From Candidatus Anoxychlamydiales bacterium (lineage in GTDB: Bacteria; Chlamydiota; Chlamydiia; Chlamydiales; SM23-39): 35,598 nt of DNA. Location: assembly GCA_011064745.1 (NCBI GenBank), contig JAAKFJ010000003.1, positions 1 through 35,598 on the forward strand, written 5' to 3'. The position numbers were made by a program, and so were the translations under genes. The notes beneath the pieces were generated by a model. That model was given only the letters and a program-made list of their open reading frames with translations. It made no database searches and had not been told where the DNA came from. This document shows, piece by piece, positions 27,950-35,598 of the stretch. Position 1 is the first letter of the stretch. Every line of letters begins with the position of its first letter.

Positions 27950-29596
27950 ATGATCGCAAAAACTTGCAAGAATCTTATCTTAAACACCACTTTGATGTTT
28001 ATTTTCTTTTTAGCTTTTACTACTAATGCATATGCTCAAAGCTCATTTAATGAAGTTTATATGGCTTGCAAACAAAACAATTGGGTAATCGTCGATAAAA
28101 TTCCAAAAAGCACCTTAGATGTCTTGATAAATGAGACTGGTAGATCTTTGCTTTTAGAGGCTTTTTTTGAGAATGATCTAGATTTAGCTCAAAATCTTAT
28201 AAATCGAAAAATTGCACTTTTCGCTAAAGATTCAAGCGGAAAGAGTGCCCTTCACATGGCAACCTTTGCTAAACAATCATTGATGATTAAGCTTTTAAAC
28301 TATTTTGGGATTTGTGTTGATGAAGTAGATAATGATAATATGCGAGCAGTTGATTACTTAAGAGAATATCCAGAAGAGCAAAATCTACAAATTGTCGATC
28401 TTCTCACCAAATTGAGTAACCAAGAGAAGATTTTAGACGAAGAGCACCCCCTTTATACTTATAATTATCTCGAAAACCTTGTTTTACAAGGTGGTGGAGC
28501 TAAAGGGATTGCTTATGTAGGTGCAATTAAAGCTTTAGAAAAATTAGATGCTCTGCAAAATCTCAAAAGAGTATGCGGCACTTCAGCGGGTGCTATCACA
28601 GCCGTTTTTCTATCTTTAGGCTATAATTCTGAAGAGATGCACAATATTTTGATAAAAACAAACTTAAGTGACTTTTTAGATTATCCAATCACTGAAGAAA
28701 AAATTGTAAATCTTTATGAAAAGACTTCTTTTTCTGATATTTTAAAAGGGGCTTTAGATGAAGTTTATCAAATATTTAAAGATCCTCTCTCACTTATCAC
28801 CAACACTTTAGATTTCTTTAAAAATCTTTGGGATACGACAGGTCTTTGCGAAGGCGAGGATTTTAGACTTTGGATAGAACAAAAAATCTATGAAAAGACC
28901 AAAATAGAATATTGCACATTTAAAGAGTTAAGAAATCTATCTAAGATCACCTCAGCTATTAAACACCTGCATATATTTACAACAAGAGTTGAACCTTCAA
29001 TGCAGATTGTAGAGTTAAGCTCAGAGAATGAAATATACGATGATGTTATTATATCAGATGCTATTAGAGCATCAATGTCAATCCCAGGCGTTTTTAAGCC
29101 CCATACTCTGTACGTAAAAGATAATGAAAACAACCGCATAAAAAAAGATGCTTTTGGATTGTTTGTAGATGGGGGAGTTTTATATAACTATCCAATCGAT
29201 GCTTTTGATACTCTAAAATATCAAACAAGCTCGGTTACTAATAAAGATAAAGATTATATAAAACTTAACAAAAAAACCCTTGGTTTAAGTCTTTACACCC
29301 CAACTACTAAAGCTCAAAAACTAAACAGCTGTGAAAGCATAAGTGAATTTGTTTCAACATTAGCCCTATTATATTTTAATTCTGAAGCTCTCATTCATAA
29401 TTTAGAGACTTATGATAAGTATCGGACAATCGTAATAAATGATGAAGATATCAGCACTTTAGAATTTCAATTATCAGACGAGATGAAAAAAGCTCTAGAA
29501 GTATCTGGCGAAGTAGCGACGAATGAGTTTTTTAAAGAGCAACAAAAAAGGCTTAAAGAGATGAATCTTATTATACCAGCTCTTCAAACTCTCTGA
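27950..29596 (+). CDS. Patatin-like phospholipase A2 (ExoU/VipD-type) with N-terminal signal peptide and ankyrin repeats
   Basis: 'ENLVLQGGGAKG', 'GTSAG', 'RASMSIPGVF', 'DGG'; ankyrin-like 'GRSLLLEA', 'GKSALHMA', 'DNDNMRAVDY'; signal peptide ending AYA-Q. Confidence 0.88.
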   Translation: MIAKTCKNLILNTTLMFIFFLAFTTNAYAQSSFNEVYMACKQNNWVIVDKIPKSTLDVLINETGRSLLLEAFFENDLDLAQNLINRKIALFAKDSSGKSALHMATFAKQSLMIKLLNYFGICVDEVDNDNMRAVDYLREYPEEQNLQIVDLLTKLSNQEKILDEEHPLYTYNYLENLVLQGGGAKGIAYVGAIKALEKLDALQNLKRVCGTSAGAITAVFLSLGYNSEEMHNILIKTNLSDFLDYPITEEKIVNLYEKTSFSDILKGALDEVYQIFKDPLSLITNTLDFFKNLWDTTGLCEGEDFRLWIEQKIYEKTKIEYCTFKELRNLSKITSAIKHLHIFTTRVEPSMQIVELSSENEIYDDVIISDAIRASMSIPGVFKPHTLYVKDNENNRIKKDAFGLFVDGGVLYNYPIDAFDTLKYQTSSVTNKDKDYIKLNKKTLGLSLYTPTTKAQKLNSCESISEFVSTLALLYFNSEALIHNLETYDKYRTIVINDEDISTLEFQLSDEMKKALEVSGEVATNEFFKEQQKRLKEMNLIIPALQTL

Positions 29597-29712
29597 GTAA
29601 TATTTTATTCAAAAATTTAAAATATAGAAAAAATTATAATATTATTAAGGTCTCAGAATATTATAATATCATTTTTTGATAACATTTTCTTTAATAAATC
29701 TTTAAATTAATC

Positions 29713-29741
29713 TTGATATAAAAAATTGCGTAATTTATATT
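29713..29741 (+). promoter_or_regulatory. Putative sigma66 promoter
   Basis: TTGATA-N17-TATATT upstream of the 29773 ORF. Confidence 0.45.
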
Positions 29742-29772
29742 GCAAGAAGTGTAAACACCTATTTGATAGAAA

Positions 29773-31176
29773 ATGTTAGAAATAATAGCTCCTCGTAAAA
29801 ATAAGATTTGTCTCTTAGATTACAATTACAAAAAAGATATTGAAAATAGATGTCTTTTATCCTCTTTGAATGAGCTTGAGTTAAATGCTTTAGAAGAGAT
29901 TCTGTTTAGCTCTATAAAAACTTCTATCAGCCGGCTGTCAAAAGATATTGATATCCAAGAAAAAACTTTATTACCTATCTTAAAAAAGCTAACTTCTAGT
30001 GAACTTATCCAAATCGATGGTGAGATTGTCACGATCGACAAAAAGATGCGAAAATATTTTGAATTTGAATATAAACGCTTCGATGAGAATTTCAAACCCG
30101 ATCTATTATTTATAAATAATCTTTTGCAAAAAATTCCTATCCATATTTTACCTATTTGGTATTCTCTTCCTAAATCTTCTAATAATATCTTTGAATCAAT
30201 TATAGATAAATATTTTAAAACACCACATCTCTTTGAAAGACATATATCTAATATCGAACATGAAAAAGAGATTTTTTTGCATATCATTGAAGATGTATAT
30301 AATGCAAAAGATTTTGAGATTGAAGCCAAGGTTTTACAAAAAAAATACGATCTGGATAAAGAAACATATTTAGAGTGTATTCTTTTATTGGAATTTAACT
30401 TTTTATGTTTTCAATCATACAAAAAAACTAAAAAAGGTTTTGTTGAAGTTCTATCCCCTTTTCATGAATATAAAGCGTATCTCTTATATTTACAAAAAAC
30501 TAAAACGGCTAGTATTGAAAATACAAAATCTATAATCCGAAAAAGAAATACAGATTTTGGTTTTGTCAAAGATTTATCCAGCGCTTTAAAAATTGCTAAA
30601 AAACCTATTTCTATTGAACAGCTACATGATAATCTAAAAAAAGAGATTTCTTTAAAAGATACTGATATCATCATAACTAGCACATATATTAATAGTGTAT
30701 TAGAAAAATTAATCGATCTAAACTTTTTAATAAAAAAACAAGATCTTATTAAAAGTGCTTCTAAAACAGATGAATGGTTAGGTTTAGATTATGAGAAAAA
30801 AGCTCTACATCTGTACTATCATCCTTTAAACACTCTAAAAAACAAAAACATCTTACCAACTTTAATAGCGGAAAAAGCTATTAAAGAGACTGAAAAAAGT
30901 ATCATAAGGGTTCTAAATAATGATTGGGTATATTTTGATGATTTCAAAAATGGTATATTAGCTGCAATAGCCGATGAAAAAGTAATTAAAATAATATCTC
31001 ATGGAAAAGCTCATAAATATTTTATACCCACTTATACATCTGAGGAAATCTTATTTGTTAAAACAGTTATCTTTGAAAGACTTTTTGAAACTGGTATCAT
31101 CGCTGTTGGATCTTTAAACGGCAGAGATTGTTTCAGAGTAACAAAATTTGGTAAAAGCCTTTTCGAAATTAGTTAA
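29773..31176 (+). CDS. Hypothetical protein, possible winged-helix segments
   Basis: 467-aa ORF; N-terminal 'SISRLSKDIDIQEKTLLPILKKL..ELIQI' looks like a wHTH; ends 'FRVTKFGKSLF'. Confidence 0.7.
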   Translation: MLEIIAPRKNKICLLDYNYKKDIENRCLLSSLNELELNALEEILFSSIKTSISRLSKDIDIQEKTLLPILKKLTSSELIQIDGEIVTIDKKMRKYFEFEYKRFDENFKPDLLFINNLLQKIPIHILPIWYSLPKSSNNIFESIIDKYFKTPHLFERHISNIEHEKEIFLHIIEDVYNAKDFEIEAKVLQKKYDLDKETYLECILLLEFNFLCFQSYKKTKKGFVEVLSPFHEYKAYLLYLQKTKTASIENTKSIIRKRNTDFGFVKDLSSALKIAKKPISIEQLHDNLKKEISLKDTDIIITSTYINSVLEKLIDLNFLIKKQDLIKSASKTDEWLGLDYEKKALHLYYHPLNTLKNKNILPTLIAEKAIKETEKSIIRVLNNDWVYFDDFKNGILAAIADEKVIKIISHGKAHKYFIPTYTSEEILFVKTVIFERLFETGIIAVGSLNGRDCFRVTKFGKSLFEIS

Positions 31177-31189
31177 GGATTTATATTGG

Positions 31190-31630
31190 ATGAAAGCTTT
31201 AGTTTCTAATAAAAAAGCATATCATGACTATGAAATACTTGACACTTTCGAAGCCGGAATGGCTCTTTTAGGATCTGAGATCAAATCTCTTCGCAATCAT
31301 GGCGGCTCTCTTCAAGATGCCTATGTAGATGTAAAAGATAATGAACTTTGGTTGATGAATAGCACTATAGCTCCCTATAAATTCGCCGCTGGTTATACTC
31401 ACAAAGATCGAAGAAAAAGAAAGCTTTTAATGCACCGAAGAGAAATTCTTAAGCTCAAAAAGCAAATTGCAGAAAAAGGTGTGGCTCTCATTGCGCTCTC
31501 AATATACTTAAAAAAAGGTAGAGCCAAAATCAAAATTGCTATTGCTAAAGGTAAAAAAGCTTATGATAAAAGAGCAAAATTAAAAGAAAAAGCTCAGAAA
31601 AAGGAAATTCAAAAAGCTATTAAATATTAA
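31190..31630 (+). CDS. smpB: SsrA-binding protein SmpB
   Basis: 'NKKAYHDY', 'EAGMALLGSEIKSLR', 'RKLLMH', 'KGKKAYDKR'; start MKALV at 31190. Confidence 0.96.
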   Translation: MKALVSNKKAYHDYEILDTFEAGMALLGSEIKSLRNHGGSLQDAYVDVKDNELWLMNSTIAPYKFAAGYTHKDRRKRKLLMHRREILKLKKQIAEKGVALIALSIYLKKGRAKIKIAIAKGKKAYDKRAKLKEKAQKKEIQKAIKY

Positions 31631-31681
31631 AAATTAAATATCATTTTAATTATCTTATTACCACATTTTTTTAGAATATAC

Positions 31682-31711
31682 TTGACACAGCTTAAAAAAA
31701 TAACGTATCTT
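31682..31711 (+). promoter_or_regulatory. Putative sigma66 promoter for dnaN-recF
   Basis: TTGACA-N18-TATCTT. Confidence 0.5.
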
Positions 31712-31750
31712 TTTTACTTAACATAAACGAAAATTCAGAGGATATCGTCC

Positions 31751-32902
31751 ATGAAAGCTGTCATATCAAAAAATGAGCTTGTCTCCCTTATTGGAAAAAT
31801 TCAAAATATTGTAGCAAACAAACCTGCAATACCCATTCTATCAAATGTCTTAATCGAAGCTAAAGATGATCAAATAATCCTATATAGTACCGATTTAACG
31901 ACTAGTATGCGCGGCTATGCTGAAGCTAAAGTTATCGAAGAGGGTGCAATTGCTCTTCCTGCGAAACGTTTCTTTCATTTAATAAAAGAGCTAACATCGC
32001 CTCAAATCAAGATCTCTACTACCTCGAATGAAGTTGCTGAAATCACATCTGTCTCATCTAATTTTAAAATTAAAGGTATGCTAAAAAGTGAGTTTCCAAC
32101 ATTGCCTGATATTTCTAAAGCGACTCAAGTACCGATCTCTTCTTCGACTTTAAAAGAGATGTTCACAAGAACTTATTTTTCTGCAGCTAGGGAAGATAGT
32201 AGATATGTTTTAAATGGGATCAGCATGCAGGTTAATAAAAAAATGGCCACATTTATTGCTACTGACGGCAAAAGACTTGCAAAGATGCAGACTAATGTAG
32301 ATATTGATCCGTCTTTTCAAGGCTCTTACATATTGCCCCTAAAAGCGGCTGAAGAGATGACAAAAATGCTAACGGATGATGAACAAATAGTAAATCTATC
32401 CCTGATGCATGACAAAGTATTTTTAGAAAGCGCTAATCTCACTTTGATTACCAAACTTTTATCAGGTCAATACCCTGATGTTGAAAAAGTAATACCTGAG
32501 AACACACCTATTTCGATGTCAATCCATAGAGAAGAGTTAATTACTCTTTTAAGACAGATATCTTTATTTACTTCTGATTCGACAAGCTCTGTTAGGTTTA
32601 TCTTTGATCAAGGACAACTACAACTAACAGCGATGAGCGCAGAGATTGGCGAGGGTAATGTTACTATGCCTGTTGATTATTCAGATGAAAGACTAGAAAT
32701 TGCTTTCAATCCGTTTTATTTTTTGGATATTTTAAGGCATTCTAAAGATGAGACTATTACTTTTTCAATTCAAGATGCTTACAATCCTGGGATGATAACA
32801 GACTCGACATCTGTTGTTTTTGTTATTATGCCAATGAGATTAAATGAGCTTCAAACGCCTCAAAATATAAATGATGTTTCTGAAAACCCTGCACTTACAT
32901 AA
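31751..32902 (+). CDS. dnaN: DNA polymerase III beta sliding clamp
   Basis: 'PILSNVL', 'STDL', 'RYVLNG', 'ATDGKRLA', 'GQYPD', 'IAFNP', 'VIMPMRL'. Confidence 0.97.
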   Translation: MKAVISKNELVSLIGKIQNIVANKPAIPILSNVLIEAKDDQIILYSTDLTTSMRGYAEAKVIEEGAIALPAKRFFHLIKELTSPQIKISTTSNEVAEITSVSSNFKIKGMLKSEFPTLPDISKATQVPISSSTLKEMFTRTYFSAAREDSRYVLNGISMQVNKKMATFIATDGKRLAKMQTNVDIDPSFQGSYILPLKAAEEMTKMLTDDEQIVNLSLMHDKVFLESANLTLITKLLSGQYPDVEKVIPENTPISMSIHREELITLLRQISLFTSDSTSSVRFIFDQGQLQLTAMSAEIGEGNVTMPVDYSDERLEIAFNPFYFLDILRHSKDETITFSIQDAYNPGMITDSTSVVFVIMPMRLNELQTPQNINDVSENPALT

Positions 32903-33944
32903 CTTTAGGAATTACACTTCTTTTAAAGTTAGTTTTTCCCCCCATTTAAATATTATCTCCGGGGAGAATGCTATTGGAAAAACTAATCTATTAGAAGCGA
33001 TTAATCTAATAAGCACAGGAAAATCATTTAGAACTTTAAATTTAAAAGAGTTAATAAAACATCAAAAAAGATTTTTTTTTATTGAAGCTTTAATTGAAGA
33101 CTCTGGCATATCTCAGATTATAAAGATCTATTATGATGGTAAAACAAAAAAAATAACCCATAACGCAAATGTATATCCCTCTTTTACTTCTCTTTTAGGC
33201 GTTTTACCCTCATCGATGCATACACCTGATGACATAAATTTAATCAAAGGAAAACCTCAACTTAGACGCTCTTTTTTAAATCTACATTTAGCCCAAAAAG
33301 ATCCTCTATACGTCCATCACTATCTTCGCTTTTCAAAAGCTTTAAAACATAGAAATCATCTTTTAAAAACTAAAAAATCTCATCTTTTAAAACCATTTGA
33401 TATAGAACTTAGTAAATCAGGTGGATACTTAACATACATAAGAAAATTATTTATAGAAGAGCTTAAAGATCCAATCTTTCAAATATTACAAAATCTATCT
33501 AAGAAAAAAAGCGAAGCCACAATAAAATACCAATCATCAATAGAGCTAAAAGATGGTGTAGATAGCACAGCAAAAGCCTATCTAAAAGATCTTACAAAAA
33601 ACAAACAAAAGGATTTAGATTTTAAAACAACACTTCTTGGCCCTCATAGAGATGATTTTTCTATTTATATAGATGGTAAATCGGCTAAAAACTTTGCTAG
33701 TGAAGGACAGAAAGAAATGTTACTCTATGCTCTTAGATTTGCCGAGTGGGAGAAGCTATCTTCTAGGTTAGATAAAAAGGCTCTATTTTTAATCGATGAT
33801 TTAGAGGCGCATTTAGATGAGGCTCATAAAGAAAACCTAAAAAATGCTCTAAAGAGTTTTTCTCAAGTTTTTATCACTATGCCAAAAACGGGAGAATCTT
33901 TTAATAATGCTCATTTTATAAACTTAAACACCCAAAAATTATAA
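32874..33944 (+). CDS. recF: DNA replication/repair protein RecF
   Basis: 'NFRNY', Walker A 'GENAIGKTN', 'GPHRDD', 'SEGQ', 'LIDDLEAHLD'. Confidence 0.95.
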   Translation: MFLKTLHLHNFRNYTSFKVSFSPHLNIISGENAIGKTNLLEAINLISTGKSFRTLNLKELIKHQKRFFFIEALIEDSGISQIIKIYYDGKTKKITHNANVYPSFTSLLGVLPSSMHTPDDINLIKGKPQLRRSFLNLHLAQKDPLYVHHYLRFSKALKHRNHLLKTKKSHLLKPFDIELSKSGGYLTYIRKLFIEELKDPIFQILQNLSKKKSEATIKYQSSIELKDGVDSTAKAYLKDLTKNKQKDLDFKTTLLGPHRDDFSIYIDGKSAKNFASEGQKEMLLYALRFAEWEKLSSRLDKKALFLIDDLEAHLDEAHKENLKNALKSFSQVFITMPKTGESFNNAHFINLNTQKL

Positions 33945-33946
33945 TT

Positions 33947-34602
33947 ATGAAATTATTTGTCTGGGATTTTCATGGGGTTTTAGAAAAAGGCAATGATGTA
34001 GCTGTAATAGAGATCACCAGCTCTGTTTTAAAAAAAATTGGTTTCAAAAGGTTTTTAACCCTAAGAGAGGCCAAACTCTTAACTGGGAAAAAATGGTATG
34101 AATATTTTGCTTATCTACTACCTGATGAACCTCTAAAAATTCATCTAGATCTGCAAGTAGAATGCCAATGATAAAAGCCAAAACTCTTTTCATGTTATTG
34201 CAAAACATCTCAAAATCAATGATCACGTAAAAGAAGTTTTAGAAAAAATATCTAAAAGCAGTTTTGATCAGATACTCATTTCAAATTCCAATCAAGCGGC
34301 TTTAGAAAAGTTTATCAAAATAATCGATATAAAAAAGTATTTTTCAAAAAACCATATAATCGGCATCGATTCTCACATTAATCATAGATCAACTAAAAAA
34401 GAGGCTCTTTTAAATTTTTTAAAGGGTAAGAAATATTCAAAACTAATAACTATTGGGGATTCAAAAGGTGATATAGAGCTTGTGTCTCATCATTCAAATT
34501 CCGAATCTTATCTTTTATTCATATCCTGATAAACCTCATAGAGACTGCTCTGCAGATTATAAAATCAATAATCTCAAAAAAGTTCTTCAAGAGCTTAAAT
34601 AG
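33947..34602 (+). pseudogene. HAD-superfamily hydrolase interrupted by two +1 frameshifts
   Basis: MKLFVWDFHGVL (motif I); removing one C at 34165-6 continues through ISNS and IGDSKGD; removing one T at 34513-6 continues YSYPDKPHRDCSADYKINNLKKVLQELK to TAG 34602. Confidence 0.8.
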
Positions 34603-34727
34603 CTTCAGGTTTTACATATATATAAAGCAAAAATTTTAAATAGTATTTATGAAAATTTTTCTTTTTATATTTTTATTAATAATATAACCTGTTCATTCAT
34701 CTTTTTTTTGGAACTTAGGAGATTCAT

Positions 34728-35192
34728 ATGGAAATAAGAGGAATTATAAATTATCCAATTACTAAAGTTGGATTTCATACTCTCAATCCTTTTACAAGCA
34801 AAGAAAAAGCCACTGCTGTCGCAAGTGGAATTTTAGCTAAATATTTTGATGCTGCTTCATATCCAAATGCTATTATGTTTGGAGCTGTCGTATACATTGG
34901 TTTAAAAATATATAAAATTGTAAATGAACCACAAAAGCCTTCTACAGAGGATAAAGAATCGATTGATATAGACGGATTATTAGAACTCACAAAACAAAAA
35001 ATGCGAGAATCTGAGGCTACTTCTGACCTAGAAAAAAAACGGGAAATTTTAGCAGAATTAACAGAAATTTCTCAAATGCTTGATAAAGAACAATTACGAT
35101 TATCACAAGAGACTACTGCCTCTTTGCAAAGACTTGCAGAGCAATTTGATGGCCTACAATCTGAACTAGCAAAGCTAAAGCCTTCTTTATAA
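34728..35192 (+). CDS. Hypothetical protein, hydrophobic segment plus coiled coil (Inc-like)
   Basis: AGGAG RBS; 'AIMFGAVVYIGLKIY' followed by heptad-rich C-terminus. Confidence 0.65.
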   Translation: MEIRGIINYPITKVGFHTLNPFTSKEKATAVASGILAKYFDAASYPNAIMFGAVVYIGLKIYKIVNEPQKPSTEDKESIDIDGLLELTKQKMRESEATSDLEKKREILAELTEISQMLDKEQLRLSQETTASLQRLAEQFDGLQSELAKLKPSL

Positions 35193-35271
35193 CTTTAATT
35201 TGTCAGCCTATTTAACAGGTGATAAGAATTAATTAAAATTTTTATAAGATTTGTTCTAAATACATAAGCTT

Positions 35272-35598
35272 TTAGAGCAAATCTATAAAAGCTTTGCCTA
35301 TCTCAAAATCCATATCCTTTTTAGCAAAAAGATCTAAAAATTTATTTGCTAAAACTTTACCAAGTTGAACACCTTCCTGATCAAATGAATTTATATTCCA
35401 GATAAAGCCTTGAAAAGCTATTTTGTTCTCAAAATAAGATAAAAGTGCTCCTAAAGTCCTAGGATCTAATTTTGTGCCAAGCAAAATATGATTGGGCCTA
35501 TTACCTTCGAAGTATTTGTTTGGGTTATCACTTTTTTGGCCAGTGGCTAATGCTATGCTTTGAGCAAACATATTAGAGAGGAGTTTTTGCAAAGATGT
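35272..35598 (-). CDS. pgi: Glucose-6-phosphate isomerase, C-terminal part (gene start outside the window)
   Basis: 'FEGNRP', 'LGALL', 'WNINSFDQEGVQLGKVLA'. Confidence 0.93.
   Translation of the reverse strand, partial: TSLQKLLSNMFAQSIALATGQKSDNPNKYFEGNRPNHILLGTKLDPRTLGALLSYFENKIAFQGFIWNINSFDQEGVQLGKVLANKFLDLFAKKDMDFEIGKAFIDLL

Noticed and set aside
15952-29596. PHB-mobilisation reading linking adc with the patatin gene
   Set aside because: Patatin is about 11 kb away, on the other strand and ExoU-type; no bdh or phaC in the window. A PHB-related ancestry of the operon genes cannot be excluded
31631-31750. oriC/DnaA boxes upstream of dnaN
   Set aside because: No TTATCCACA cluster and no dnaA; the gap is explained by a promoter
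3245-34990. Other short overlapping or antisense ORFs in the track (e.g. 3913, 4019, 7724, 18200, 19264, 24753, 28888, 29826)
   Set aside because: They lie inside well-supported genes and show no motifs of their own

Overview
AT-rich bacterial chromosome segment, very likely from an environmental member of the phylum Chlamydiae. This assignment is inferred from smpB-dnaN-recF without dnaA, an Npt-family nucleotide transporter, a SET-domain protein, a Lys/Arg-rich histone-H1-like protein, a chlamydial-type Pgi C-terminus and several effector-like orphans. About 38 CDS, including 2 probable frameshifted pseudogenes. No rRNA, tRNA, CRISPR array or intact mobile element was recognised. The top candidate for an undescribed system is a tightly packed minus-strand operon: phosphate acyltransferase (Ptb/Pta), thiolase, acetate/short-chain acyl kinase and acetoacetate decarboxylase (15952-20027). 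It has no CoA-transferase, so it could be a natural ATP-yielding route from acetyl-CoA via acetoacetyl-phosphate to acetone. Other highlights: a Ser/Thr kinase with a WNK-like displaced catalytic lysine and an 81-bp tandem-repeat tail; signal-peptide-bearing versions of normally cytoplasmic enzymes (TreS, adenylate kinase); a GMP reductase paired with an Npt transporter; and an ankyrin-patatin phospholipase. All product calls come from motif recognition by eye; no database searches were run.
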